This document shows positions 1-15,250 of a DNA stretch of 64,000 nt, piece after piece (the first letter of the stretch is position 1; every line of letters begins with the position of its first letter). This DNA comes from Chrysomallon squamiferum (taxonomy: Eukaryota > Animalia > Mollusca): positions 15,996,001-16,060,000 of the forward strand of contig CM022679.1 of assembly GCA_012295275.1 (NCBI GenBank), written 5' to 3'. The notes under the pieces are model-generated. The model did not search any database. It was not told the origin of the DNA and saw only the letters and a list, made by a program, of their open reading frames with translations. Position numbers and translations under genes: made by a program.

Positions 1-10
1 ATATAATTAT

Positions 11-51
<41 letters not shown>

Positions 52-142
52 TTTTTTATTTTTTTTATTATCTTATATCATCACAGCTACACATCTGTTT
101 TGCCTGTCTCTATCCGTCTATGAATCTACCTACCTATATATT

Positions 143-282
<140 letters not shown>

Positions 283-959
283 CCTCCCTCTGTATGTTTA
301 TGACTCTATCGCTTTCTCTGTGTCTGTATTCCCCAAAAGCGTTAGTATAGGAGGAACTCTTGTGAATTACAGTAACGACTGAATAATAAATATAAAGACA
401 CTGTGAACATGCTAGACATATCGCCACACTGTAGAAATCACAAACTTGCTCAGTCATATCTGATGTGAAGATTTCATTTGTTCTAACACTAACATGCATC
501 GTCCGCGCCGTTGTTGTCAGCAACAAAACCATCCCCACTCGTAATTCCCAGCAGTTAATCTTCGATATCGCGCATAAAACGAGCCAGGAAGTGAGAAGTA
601 CATGACCTCTCACCGTGCTGATTAATATGCTGGATTCTAAGCCGGAAATTATAGAGATCTTAGTCTTGTAATGGACTGCTAACTAGCAACATAAGACCAT
701 AATAGACACTTCATTTTAACCCTTTTATAGTGCTGGACTGTAAAGACAGAATCTTGGTTCGTTACTGCCTCTTCAGACCAGTTCCCAAATCGAAATACAA
801 ATGATAATTCTAGATCATTACTCAGATGACAACTGGGTTGACTCGTTTTGTTACATTTCTAACAAGTGTTCAGAAGTTGAGCACTGAATAAATGATGTCC
901 TGTCTTCAGAAATAACGTATCCAAAAACCGGAGTATAGAGTTATAGAGTTAGTAATTCC

Positions 960-1325
960 TGTATGCATGTATGTATGTTGGTATATATATATATATATAT
1001 ATGAATATATATGTAGTTTTTATATATGTATTTATGTATGTAAGTATGCATGTATGAATGTGTATATATATATAGTATGTATGTATGAATGAATGTCTAT
1101 ATAGATATGTATGTATGTATATTGGTTTGTATGTATGTGTATATGTATATATGTAGGTATGTAAGTATGAATGTATATATGTGTGTATGTAGCTCTTATG
1201 TATATATTCATGTACGTATGTATTTGTATATATATGTATACATGTACATATGTATGCATGTATGCATGTATATATGTGTGTATGTATGTATGTATATATG
1301 TGTGTATGTATGTATGTATTTATAT
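960..1325. repeat. Degenerate (TATG)n/(TA)n compound microsatellite
   Basis: Directly visible; source of spurious YVCM/HTYI ORFs. Confidence 0.95.
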
Positions 1326-2927
1326 ACAATGTTTGACTTATGATTTTGTCGTATAATATGAACATTTATTTAGCCCAGCGATAAATAAAAGCGGTAGATA
1401 ACAGCTAGGTATTTTAACTCGAGAAACAATGTAATAATTTTAACATTAATGAAAATGTCTTTTACAATATTTTTTGATTTTGTTTAGAACTGAAAATGAA
1501 TTAAAGATATATACATACAACGTGGATCCTAATTCTTCAAATAAATAAATAAATAATCTGTACACACTTTCAATTCATCCATATAATTATATTCTTAAAT
1601 ATTTTTGAAATCCTGAAATAGATTTTATTATATTTATAACCAAAACTAAAAAAAAAAAAAAAAAAAAAGAGTTAAAATTATATATATCACATCCATCAAA
1701 AAGGTCAGAGCTATGTTTTATAAAAAGTTACAATATAATTGGTTAGTTTTTTAAGTCCTCTTCACTCGTAAAAAACTCGAGCTAATAGAACATACGTCCC
1801 CGTCAGCTTTTTTCACCCTCACCTGAAGTGGTGCTTAGCATTTCACTTCAAGTGTCTCTTGTTGCATAATGTGCTAAAGTAACAGGTTTAACACGTGGTC
1901 AAACCACGCCCACAGCACACACGAGCCTCTTTCACTACCGATGACGACACTTGGAGATCATTAAAAGAAATCTCTGGTAGTTTTGTCGTTTTCTGTGCTG
2001 CGTTAATTAGTTGTATTTTCACGGAGCCCGAAGTTGTTTTATATTTCCAACCCGCAGAAAGAGCTGTGTTTTATTGCGGCGTTCCTGTGGTTTACGATGT
2101 AAGTAGGAACGGTATTATCATGTTGATGATAGCAATTTCGTTAAGGATCTAAGTTCTTGAAACGAAAGAGTTAGATCTGAAGAATGAAGAAATGTTTTAT
2201 TTAACATATTTTAACATACTTCATATGGAGTAACATATAAGATTTAAAATATCACAGTTAATGAGAGTGGAAAATCTTTTGCTGCCCATCAGAGAGAAAA
2301 AAGAAGAACATTTTTTATTTATTAACTTATTTATTTATTTGTTTATTTATTTATTTATTTTGTTTATTTTGAATTTTTTTTTTTTTTTTTTTTTTTTTTT
2401 ATTTGATTCTTGCTTGTTCGAGAGTTATTTTTGGCGGAATTTTGTTGTTGTTTTGAGGGGATTGTTGTTGGGCGTTTTGTTGTTTTTTTTTTTTTTTTTT
2501 TTTTTTTTGTTAATTATTATTATTATTTTACATATATGTATTTGTTAAATAGGAACATATTTTTTTTACATGTTTGATCTTTTCTTCTCTGCTTTCAAGT
2601 TAATTCTTCTTTTTTCACTTCATTTAATACAAGATGTAACACGAAATTCCATTTCAGTTGATTTACACCATTCACCATTTTCATTTTCACCGGGCTCATT
2701 ATGCAGTGTCGCCTGAAGCTTTGAAGATTTAACTAAATTAAAAGGTAGTCAGGTGCAGGTTTTCGTTTCAATTTTATATTCTTTATTAAAGTTTTATTCA
2801 TGAAAAATTTTTTAGCTTCTCTGTATTTAAATACCAAATTAAATTATGTTTGTTCTGCATGAGTTTGAAAAGAAGGAAAACAAAGAAGTGTTGAGAGAAT
2901 GAATGAGGAAGAGAGTAAGTCTGAAAT

Positions 2928-3081
<154 letters not shown>

Positions 3082-6000
3082 CAAGCTGAAAATAGATTGT
3101 TGTGTTTACAGGATATTTTTAATTACCTAAATGACTGACGTAACGCCTGTCAATTTTAATATTTATATTTGTTTTCCACACTTTAAAATATTCCATTACT
3201 TTTAACAGTCTAGCAGATTAAAACAGCAAGCTATATACTGGATTTAGTAATGTGATTTTATCATATGACGTATCGAACGTTTAAAACGTTTAAACCTAGG
3301 GACATACTAATAACTTCGAGAATCAAAATAACAGATTGTGCTTTTGTATTTTTTTTTTAGAGTGTATTTCAAACCTGTCAGAATGTGATATTTAATACAG
3401 GAGAAGTAGTTCTCTGAACGTTATTTCATTAAGCAGTCTGCGATGAGGAATCTGTATAACGTCTTGCTTACCCAAGTGAAAGACAGCGACAAAACGTCTG
3501 GGAATTGTCCTGCTTCTTTTCTTTCTCAAAGAGAACAAATCTCTTGTTTTCAACGTAATACCGAAACCCAGAAACGAATCGAGTTATGCGAACACTAGCT
3601 GTTCAGTAAAAGAAAAAACAACTAAAACGAGAAGTAATTTCAGCGATCTAGAATCCAGGCCGAGTCGAATGACATCTAATCGTGAATAATGAGGGTCAAA
3701 ACAACTCAATCTTGGGAAATATAAGACAGTTTAAATTCTTTAAGTATCGTTTATCAAAAATTACTTAACTGGGACATGATCAATATAGCTGTTTACGTCA
3801 TACAGCATAAGTTTATTACCGTCAGAACGACAGTTCCCGAGATTTATTTTCTTTTCCAGTCAGTATTTGTTTCTCTGTACAAATAAGAAGAAAAAGTATT
3901 TAAACAACACGGTCAGTTTAGACCTGGAAGTAATTCAATTTTAATCGTGCAATGATTAAGATTTCCGTTTTACACTGGAAAGGTACAAAATTTGTTTCCC
4001 CTAATAAGTATATTCAGATCTACATTCGTTTTTCTCAGTGTATCCTAACATGTTAACTGACATTCATTACCCGTGACTTGGATGATGGTTGACTAATGAT
4101 TCATTTTAATGTCATTCTCTGTTATATCGAGATTGTGTTTTGAAATAACAATACTATATTTCAGATTTGCTTAAAAATTCATTTTTTAGAAAGAAAAAAA
4201 ACAAATTAGGATATGTGTTATGTGCATGAATAGTACATTAAAACAACATTGAGGTTTATTTTTTTTATAGTTTTAAAAACATTCTGATTTTATAGAAAAG
4301 TATTTAAAAAACAAAAACCCACACACATAATAAAATAACTCACAGCTAGCAACAGAAAGCGATGAACAGAAAACCATACAAAAACACCTCTGATGACTAC
4401 GTGTTATACGCAGATTACAGTCATCATTCGAAGACCACCAAGACAGGTAATCATTCTTTACCTTGACACACGTGTCACAAGTTACTCTGTTAAACTTTTT
4501 TTCTCTCTCTGTTGTTGTAAGTTAGTCAATCCTAGATCTATTGTTTAAAAACAGAAGATCTTTATCATCATCATCATCATCAATTCATATTTTTAAAACT
4601 GACTTCCCATTAACATATTTTAATATAAAACAAAGCGACAGAGCGTAAGTCAGTTATTGAAGCCTTAAACTCGAACTCGTGATTGTCTTTCAGAATTAAT
4701 CTTTCTCTGTTCATCTATTATGTTTTTCCTTTTCATCAAGTGCTGCACGACTGGTTTATCAAAGACCAGTGAACAGAAAGAAGAAAAGCCATTGCTGGTA
4801 ATCGAATTCTCTCTAAAAATACTCAGTAGCCGACGTTTGAAAATTATTAACGACTGCGCGCAAGAAATATCATTAAACAAAAGAAATTTAACCCAAACAG
4901 AGATTTCCCAGTATAACGGAGCATTATTTGCCAGATCGATTTTCGTCGTGGACAGAAAAAAACTCAAGGATTCGTATATAAAAGTTTTCTTTCCTTTTCG
5001 TCCACGAACTGTTTCATTCCAGCTTCGTTCTTGAACTGTTTGTATTTTGTTCAATAACAGTTTGGACCAGGCAGGCGCAACCTTTTTCAAGAAGCGAGCA
5101 GCATAAGAACGTAGCCGCACTACTAGCAAAAGTTATTTTTCTCATAAAATTAGGTGTACCATTCAGAATGCCGCGCTAGAAACAGTTTGGCCGTGTCACG
5201 TTTAGACCAAGTCTAATAAGAATAATCAAGTTGAAACAATATTATCTAGTGGGTCTGCTGAGGTGATTTGATCCTATGACCATAGTTCCATTTTGTCAAA
5301 CATTAAAGTACTTCGTTGAATTTATTGCATTTATTTCAAACATCAAAGTTGTATGAGATCTGTGTCTTTCAAACTAAACCTATTGCGTTGTTCCTTCTTG
5401 CGGAAAGAAATAGATGACACATTTAGAGATGGCATTTATAGATCTATTTGCAATTACCCAGGACAAGAAGAATGCCATAACAAATTATCGTCCGTAAAGA
5501 ATCGAGGCCAGTCACGCCTTAAATTTGACGTTGAGACGTCTCTGTCACTTGCAGTACGGTAGAAACTGTCGTGTTTTTAGAAGTGGCAGTCCTCTGAGGT
5601 TCAGTCCTGCCAGTTGCAATCAGACAAGGACCAACGACAAATCTGTCCAAGTATCAAATATCCAGAAAATCTGGTTCTGCTATTAGCATAGCATATGTAT
5701 CTGAATGAAAATATTTCTGTGGATGACTTATAATAATACTGATGGTGGAAAGATCTTAATATATATTCTACGTTAAGGAAACCGATATATATTTAGAGCT
5801 TTTCAAAATAGTTCCATTCGTACTAATATCCTTCGTTTCTTTGTTTGTTTTTGAGGGGTTTTGCTGTGGATTTTTAATTTTTTAGTTTTTTTTTATTTAT
5901 CTTACTTTCGCTTTCTTTTTTTTTCTATCAGTATTCTCTATTTCCTTCTGCTTGTTTGCTTTATTTTTTATATTTTCCCAACAACTGTTTTTTTTCTTTC

Positions 6001-7439
6001 ATATCGCAAAAGCTGGCTCAAATTTCAACACTTGTTTCAGCCTATAGATCGTCCAGTTGATTATTTTCTATACACTAAAACAAACTGACACTGTTCTTTT
6101 TGTTTCACGTTTTGTTATATTCATGTTCGTGCAATTATCTCACATGCAACTTAAGTCCCCCATGCTATTAACTGAGAATAATTTAGTCGCGAAGACCAAT
6201 ACGTCATCATTTTAAAAGGTTAGTTTTTGATTTTCTAGTAACAGATATTCAACAGAACAATAGTAGTTTCAATTATGAAATTTTAAAAATTCTATCATTA
6301 GCTTATATGTATTTAAAAATAATTGATGTATTAAACTCAGAGTAGGTTAAAGAATGCTGAATTAATGCTGAATTCTGACTTGTGTTCATACAAACGCCCA
6401 TACATATATATACATTCATCGATGGATGTACGCACATACGCACGCACACAGACACGCAACAATGCACTCTAAATCGCACACGTACATACACAGTCTATAT
6501 TTAAACCAAACACTGATTTTAATGAGGGGATTTCAAACGGTAGTTCTGTGCCTCGTCTCCTGCCCTGGGGACTCCGCCCTCCAGTGAAATCACCTCTGAT
6601 GTTATTCCAACAAGATCTAAAAACATAATTCTCGGTTAATGAATCATTTTTTTATAAAATTATTATTCTTTGAAGTTATTCCTTGGCGACCTTTTCTTCG
6701 TTTTATTTCTTAAATTAAGGATAAAAACAGAGAAAGAAGGAAACCGATGCCATTAAGAACTTATTTTTGAAAGTTTATTGTACAGTTTGCAAGGAAGTAA
6801 CTCACAAAACATTAATGTTATATGTACACACGTATAAAAAACACATTAATTTTTTGTATATTCTGCTACAGGTAACTTAGTTCATATGAAATTGTTTCAT
6901 AAATTATGCAACTTTTGTCATCACGACTCCGATGTTCCTGAATATTTCTTACAGATTACAGCTATTTTAAAACATGTTTCGTGTGGCCTGTTTAGAATGG
7001 AAACATAGTGTTGTTGTTGCTGTAGTAGCAAAAAGCGGCTGTAACGAAGACTGATTATAATTTTTTTTTTTTTTTTTTTTTTTGTTATAATCTGTATGTA
7101 TTTAATTTTTTATTTATATCGTTAATTTATTAATATATTTTATTTACTTTATTTTGTTTTAATTTTTAATATTTAATTTATATATTAATCCAGTACTTCA
7201 CGTCTCCACAATAGTTTTTTATTTTTTTCTTTAACAAGATATTACCTGTATGTCTTTCACAAAGTCCTGGTTTTGTTTATGTCTCTTCTCTTTTTACTAT
7301 TCCACTGCAGTGTCAAGCGACCCACGCTGATACTTGTGAGTGTTCATGTCAGTGTTTAGTTGTTTTAATCGATTGTTCTTGTATTTATTGCTGTCACGAT
7401 ACGTCGTTAAGTACCGTAAACTCGGGTCTTTTTCACTCG

Positions 7440-7955
7440 CTAATCTTGTTAAACACACATAACTATAACTCGGCTGCTCTAATTATTTTCAACATTACAA
7501 TACCTGGATAAATAACTTATTAAAACTGTTCTACCTATTATTAAACTCCGCTAAATATCGTGACCGTTACTAATTCTGGCTAAATATCTTATTAAAAAAT
7601 ACTGTAACAATTAGTAACATCACTAAGTATTTTTGTCTTACAAACATTTTATCAAAAATATTATAACAGTTAAAATCAGTGGCTCAGTATCATATTAAAT
7701 AGTTCTATCTATAACAAAACTTTGCCAAATATTTTGACTATTATAATTACTGCGTTTGACAATTACTAATAATTGTTAAAATATCTTATTTAAATATTTC
7801 TACTGTTACTAAAACTCGCTTAATATCTTATTAAAATGTTATAACTGTTCCCAGTCTCCGCTATATTCTGACATTTACAACCACTGCCTTAAATATTTTA
7901 TTAAAAATTGTATAATGTTACTAACGACTGCTGAATATTTTGACAATTAATCATA
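7440..7955. repeat. Old, degenerate AT-rich minisatellite
   Basis: Recurrent GCTAAATATCTTATTAAAA...AACTGTTACTAA-like motifs at ~25-45 bp spacing. Confidence 0.6.
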
Positions 7956-8599
7956 TTTAGTACTTTGACCGACGCCGATCAGTTATCACGTATTCCACCG
8001 ATGTTTTCTTCCGTCTTCTGAACAGTTCAATCGCGTCTGTTTTCTCTCAACCGCTGATGCTGGTTTTTCTGTCCTGTGTTTAATACATTTCTTCCCACCT
8101 TTGTCCAAGAGGCTGCTGCTAGCAGTTCTTAGCCTGTACAGTGTATACGTTTCTGTGTCACTGCTAGAAATACCCCATCAGTTACACACACTGGTCTTTA
8201 TCAGCCGGTTCTAACCAGCACGCATAGTTACAGAAATAACAAACGAAAAAAACACCTAAATTAAGGATATTTGATCTGAATAAGTAAGACAGTGATACAG
8301 TAAAATGAATGGTCTAAATAGGATTTAGTGACTATGATGTTAAGCTTCTAAATTTTTAAAGGCAATTAAAAAAAGCTATATCGAGAGAAACACCACTGAA
8401 AAAAATTAATTATTTTTTATAGTTGGAATTAAATTAAATTAAATTAAATTAAATTAAATTAAATCAAATCAAATCAGTCATAGGTGAAAAAGTAGAGGAA
8501 ATGAAGAGACATAGAAAAGGGAATTCTTAATTTCACTTCTTTTTTTCATTTTTTCAAAGCGAATGCACTACGACAAGCTTATGAAATGCTGAAGAGTGG

Positions 8600-8735
8600 A
8601 CTTTTCTGTCTGCGGTTGTGAACATATAAACGATCTGTTACTGCTAATCAGAGCAGTTCCTATACTAGCTGATGCAAGTTTAACATGTAACAATAAACTG
8701 TGAGAAGATGCCCTTTAACTAATAATCATTTATTG
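8600..8735 (+). mobile_element. Decayed SINE-like remnant, same core
   Basis: CTGTCTGCGGTTGTGAACATATAAACGATCTGTTACTGCTAATCAG aligns by eye to the reverse complement of 41904-41950. Confidence 0.45.
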
Positions 8736-10141
8736 TTAGTATTACTATTATTCTGAGTATTTGTATCACACACAACTACACACACACACACACGCGCGCA
8801 AAAAAAACAGCAAAAAAACAATACATGTAGATTTATATCTGGCGTGATCCCTGCATATCAGCTAACATTATGACCTACCCATCAATAAGTACTGATAACA
8901 ATCAAATGCTTTACGTAATGAGATATCTCCTTTTCCAGTCCGTTTGCTCTTTTAACAGTTATGCAGATGCGAAGATTTCCTATGTCTGTTTAAAACATAA
9001 TACATCATAGATTTAATCAGGCACAGAGTTAACTTAACATGTTATAATGTTTATGAGATTTGAGGTAATGTATAAATTAAAAATATATTTCATATTAATA
9101 AAGTGTTGTATTTATCATTTAATCTCTAATACTACTATTAATAACATCTATAGTTTTTTTGTTGTTGTTTTTCTTTTAAAGTTATCTCGATAGGAAGGAA
9201 ATATTCATAAAAGTGTTTATGAAATACTTAACCAAAACGAGAAATAATAATAACAACAGCAACAACAACAACAATAACAACAACAACAACAATAACAAAA
9301 ATAACAACAATAATAATAGTAGTAGTAGTAGTAACAATAATAACAACAACAAGACAAACAAAACAATAATAGTACAAATAATACAGATATAAAATGTAAG
9401 ACTAATACTAGAGAAAAAACCTACACGTATCTACACTAACATATATAGGAGAGGGTGCAGGTCATGTATTAGTCTTTTGAGAAACAGTTTGCTGGATCAG
9501 TCTTTTTCAGTTCGTTTTATGGGATATTTCCCCAACTAATCTGTGCTAAATGGTTTATCCCTTACATGGTCTCATACAAGCTCTACAGGGAAGCTGCATA
9601 CAACATTTCTTAGTCGATAAAATAGCCGAGGCAGTGTATCGTTCGTGTTTGAGAATGGAAAAATTGTTAATAATAATAAAATGTGTTGAATGGTAGTCAG
9701 TATTGATCCATTTATTATTTTTATTATTATTTTTATTATTATTATTAAATCTGTTTTCATTATTTATTTATTTTAGCTAACGTGTAACGAACGATAACCT
9801 GCCTTCCTGTATGTTGACTTTCTAACTGCTGCATCATGAGAAGCAATTGAAAAATTTCTATTTCCTGAATACTTAAATGAAGCATGTATATAATAATAAA
9901 TCCCATAGTAAGATTAATAACATTTATCGCGGAAATTGTTTTATCGATAGCTTTTTAAAAGGAAAGGATAAACATTTTTTGCAAATATAAATGTTTGCTG
10001 GAAAAGGAAATTATAATACTAACAATAGCTATAACATTCAGTACAGACATATGCATTTTTATCGATCAGCAGTAAAAAAAAAAATCTATCAATATCTCAC
10101 TAATTAATATTTTATTACCGCTCTTACCATAAAAGGTCAGC

Positions 10142-12413
10142 AGCTTAATATTTAGAGGGTAGGTTCATTGCTGTAGCTTAGTTATTAAAGGGTAGATCAT
10201 TTCTGTAGCTTACTTATTAAATGGTAGATCATTTCTGTAGCTTAGTTATTAAAGGGTAAATCATTTCCGTAGCTTAGTTATTAAAGGGTAGATCATTTCT
10301 GTAGCTTAGTTATTAAAGGGTAGATCATTTCTGTAGCTTAGTTATTAAAGGGTAGATCATTTCTGTAGCTTACTGATGGAGGGTTGGTTATTTCTGTAGC
10401 TTACTGATGGAGGGTTGGTTATTTCTGTTGCTTACTGATGGAGGGTTGGTTATTTCTGTTGCTTAGTTATTAAAGGGTAGGTTATTTCTGTAGCTTACTG
10501 ATGGAGGGTTGGTTATTTATGTAGCTTACTGATGGAGGGTAGGTTATTTCTGTTGCTTGGTTATTAAAGGGTAGATCATTTCTGTAGCTTACTTATTAAA
10601 TGGTAGATCATTTCTGTAGCTTAGTTATTAAAGGGTAAATCATTTCCGTAGCTTAGTTATTAAAGGGTAGATCATTTCTGTAGCTTAGTTATTAAAGGGT
10701 AGATCATTTCTGTAGCTTACTGATGGAGGGTTGGTTATTTCTGTTGCTTACTGATGGAGGGTTGGTTATTTCTGTTGCTTACTGATGGAGGGTTGGTTAT
10801 TTCTGTTGCTTACTTAGTTATTAATGGAGGGTTAGTTATTTTGTTGCTTTTATGTAGTTATTTATGTAGCTTACTGATGGAGGGTTGGTTATTTATGTAG
10901 CTTACTGATGGAGGGTACGTTATTTCTGTTGCTTGGTTATTAAAGGGTAGATCATTTCTGTAGCTTACTGATGGAGGGTAGATCATTTCTGTAGCTTAGT
11001 TGTTAAATGGTAGATCATTTCTGTAGCTTAGTTATTAAAGGGTAGATCATTTCTGTAGCTTAGTTATTAAAGGGTAGATCATTTCTGTAGCTTTGTTATT
11101 AAAGGCGAGATCATTTCTGTAGCTTAGTTATTAAAGGGTAGATCATTTCTGTAGCTTTGTTATTAAAGGCGAGATCATTTCTGTAGCTTTGTTATTAAAG
11201 GGTAGGTCATTTCTGTAGCTTAGTTATTAAAGGGTAGGTCATTTCCGTAGCTTAGTTATTAAAGGGTAGGTCATTTCTGTAGCTTAGTTATTAAAGGGTG
11301 GGTCATTTCCGTAGCTTAGTTATTAAAGGGTAGATCATTTCTGCAGCTTAGTTATTAAAGGGTAGATCATTTATGTAGCCTACTGAATGAGGGTTGGTTA
11401 TTTCTGTAGGTTACTGATGGAGCGTAGGTTATTTCTGTAGCTTAGTTATTAAAGGATAGATCATTTCTGTAGCTTAGTTATTAAAGGGTAGATCATTTCT
11501 GTAGCTTAGATATTAAAGGGTAGATCATTTCTGTAGCTTACTGATGGAGGGTTGGTCATTTCTGTAGCTTAGTTATTAAAGGGTAGATCATTTCTGTAGC
11601 TTAGTTATTAAAGGGTAGATCATTTCTGTAGCTTAGTTATTAAAGGGTAGATCATTTCTGTAGCTTAGTTATTAAAGGGTAGATCATTTCTGTAGCTTAC
11701 TGAATGAGGGTTGGTTATTTCTGTAGCTTAGTTATTAAAGGGTAGGTCATTTCTGTAGCTTACTGATGGAGGGTTCGTTATGTCTGTAGCTTACTGAATG
11801 AGGGTTGGTTATTTCTGTAGCTTACTGATGGAGCGTAGGTTATTTCTGTTGCTTACTGATGGAGCGTAGGTTATTTCTGTTGCTTGGTTGTTAAAGGGTA
11901 GGTTATTTCTGTAGCTTACTGTTGGAGCGTAGGTTATTTCTGTAGCTTACTGATGGAGGGTAGGTTATTTCTGTAGCTTACTGATAGAGGGTAAGTTATT
12001 TCTGTTGCTTGGTTATTAAAGGGTAGGTTATTTCTGTAGCTTACTGATGGATGGTAGGTTATTTCTGTTGCTTGGTTATTAAAGGGTAGGTTATTTCTTT
12101 AGCTTACTAATGGATGGTAGGTTATTTCTGTTGCTTGGTTATTAAAGGGTAGGTTATTTCTTTAGCTTACTAATGGATGGTAGGTTATTTCTGTTGCTTG
12201 GTTATTAAAGGGTAGATCATTTCTTTAGCTTACTAATGGATGGTAGGTTATTTCTGTTGCTTGGTTATTAAAGGGTAGGTTATTTCTGTAGCTTACTGAT
12301 GGATGGTAGGTTATTTCTGTTGCTTGGTTATTAAAGGGTAGGTTATTTCTTTAGCTTACTAATGGATGGTAGGTTATTTCTGTTGCTTGGTTATTAAAGG
12401 GTAGGTTATTTCT
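10142..12413. repeat. Minisatellite, ~70 units of two interspersed variants (32 bp and 31 bp)
   Basis: A = TAGTTATTAAAGGGTAGATCATTTCTGTAGCT (period 32, e.g. 10241/10273); B = TACTGATGGAGGGTTGGTTATTTCTGTAGCT (period 31, e.g. 10371/10402). Confidence 0.97.
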
Positions 12414-13010
12414 AACACTGTGTTGCCTACCACAGCGTTATGTTTATGAATATGGAGAAATTCATGTTATATAATTTGTCTTATTTCTTATCGATATAAG
12501 TGCGAATTTGGTTATGTGCTTGATGTTATCATTATACAAATGGATGACATCCAATAATCGTCAATTATAAAACATTTTAGTAACTAACAGTCTGCCCAGT
12601 TTCATAACAGAAAATTTAATATGCTGTTTTGTAACAACTGAAAATACAATATTGATTTTTTTTTTTTTTTTTTTTTTTCTAAATTCTTTACATTCGTTCT
12701 TCTTCTTTTTGGGGGGCGTTATTGCTGCTTTTCTTACATAATTTTGAAACAACAGAAAGAAAAACGCGTTAAGAAATTTAGAAAAACAACTAAAAATCCC
12801 GCAAAATACAGATTTAATTTCAGATGTTATTTATTCATGAAAAAATACATGAAACAGCTAAGATAATAAAGAGGAATATTTCATATATTGTGACAGATTG
12901 ATGAAAACAGAGATGACACATTCGAAAAGAAATCTTTGTGCTGAAAAGTAAAAAGACAGAACAAACGTGTTTGGTTTCATGCTGACGTTAACATTATTTT
13001 TCTTTTAGAT

Positions 13011-13023
13011 TATGTGCTTATAC

Positions 13024-13054
<31 letters not shown>

Positions 13055-13375
13055 TGTATGTATTATGTATGTATGTATGTATGTATGTATGTATTATGTA
13101 TGCATTATGTATGTATGTATATGTATGCATTATGTATGTATGTATGTATATGTATGTATGTATGTTTTTTTATGTATATTTATGTATGTATGTATGTATA
13201 TATATGTGTGTCATGAACATTGTCTATATATATATATATATGTGTGCATGTATATTTGTATATATGTTTGTATGTATGTATATTTATATATGTTTGTAGG
13301 CATGTATGTTTATATATATTTGCAGGCATGTATGTATTTGTGTGTATTATGTGTGTGTATGTTTATGTATGTATG
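13011..13375. repeat. Degenerate (TATG)n microsatellite
   Basis: Directly visible. Confidence 0.95.
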
Positions 13376-15119
13376 AGTGTTAAAGTTATATGCATAATAT
13401 TATAACAACATATAGCTTACTACACCGATTCTTCATTCCGGACCTTAACTCCATTGCAGTGTGAATAACCCTTATCGTAATGCAGCAATTTTCTTGCGAA
13501 TGAATAATCTCTGACCAAAATAAATTAAGCTGCACCTCGTTCTTTTTAACAGTATCAGAAAATAGAGTTCAGGGTTTTCCAGCAAATAAAATTACTAGAG
13601 GTCCATGGATTTATCGGAGTTAGGTAAGTCAGTTACTATGACGATCGCTTGAAAAATGATTACTTTACATATGTAGCTGGTGGCTATGGATATTACCTAA
13701 TTTGAGTTTATTTTCTGACTCGCGTCCTCCATCAAATTAGTCAGATAGCAACAAAAGAAGTTTAGGTTTGTGGTAATCTTCAACCATTATTAACTCGAGG
13801 GAAACGTGCCTCTTTTCACTGGAAGATGGATTTAGAAACGAAAATACTGGCTATTTTAGAACATTTTAGGCCATTTACAAATAACGGCAATTATTTTTTT
13901 TTTCTTAACATTTTAAAATAACAGTAAATTATTTTAAATCCTATCATTAAAATAATACTGACAGGCTATTTGAAAATATATTATTTTGAAAATAACAGAA
14001 TAATAATTTTGAAAATGTGTTAATTCCAGTATTCTTCACCATATTAAAAATACATATAACCTTTACATCCAAAAACACTGAAATGTGTTCTGGTGTCAAA
14101 CAATTATTGATTAAAAAAACAATTTTATCATTAGAAGATTCTGATCCGGTAAACCAAAGATTACACTATATTCTAATTCTATTCTCCACTGCTAGACTGA
14201 ATTCTGTGGATATATACGGTTTATCTCGTATACAACTCACCAAACTCAGTATTACGAATAGGAGATGCTGTTGAGTACTTTATAAGACAATACTTCTGCA
14301 CTTATGAATTTTTTTATATACATTTTAAAATGAATGGAAGCTTAAACACATGATGTGTTAAGTCGGATGATCGATACTTAGCACAGAACCCTGTGAACTA
14401 TTTACCATTATAACAAGTACCCGAAACTCGAATCATTCTTAATGAAGAATGCATATTAAAGTTTGATTTGTAATAAAATGTATTGTTGAACAAAGATTAT
14501 TTCATTCCTTACACTGAAAGAAACGCCTGGTCTGAGAGACAGATTTAGTAAATACATTTAACACTTATGTTCAGAGAAAGCAAACACACTCAAACTGTTT
14601 TATGTCTGACTGTGTGTTTTTCTTTTACGTGTGTTTCCACTATTAGTTTGTTTCCTGTAAAGCAGAACTGAAATACGTGTTTGATTACGCGATCTAATGT
14701 CATTATCAACAAATGTAGACCAGTAAAACGTTTTGTTACAAAACGCGAACCATGCTATATTGCATGTTTATTTCACTGAAATATATTAGTTTTATCACGG
14801 GAACTGTATTAAATATAGCAGTACATTTGTATTTCATTGCGTTTGTATTGTTGTAAGATAGCTATCAATCACGGTATAATCTCTCTTTTTTTTTTTTTTT
14901 TTTTTTTTTTTTCATTATTATTGCTATTTATTATTTCTCTTTGAAATTTGGTAACATATCTTTCTAATTCGTTCACATTTGTGTACACAAACACATACTA
15001 TATCCAATTCTTTATTCATTTGATTATTTACAAAATTATACACTTTAATAACGACTGAATAGTTTAACAGAATCCGGGAAAATACTGAATGTACGCAAAA
15101 AGGCATATAACTACATTTT

Positions 15120-15250
<131 letters not shown>

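Noticed and set aside
4665-5129. Overlapping 154-aa (-) and 104-aa (+) non-repeat ORFs
   Set aside because: No recognisable domain or exon structure, and they do not resemble the missing receptor N-terminus; length is compatible with chance. A blastx search would settle it.
10142-12413. CRISPR-like array (~30-bp periodic repeats)
   Set aside because: No unique spacers (only two recurring variants), no cas genes, eukaryotic intron context.
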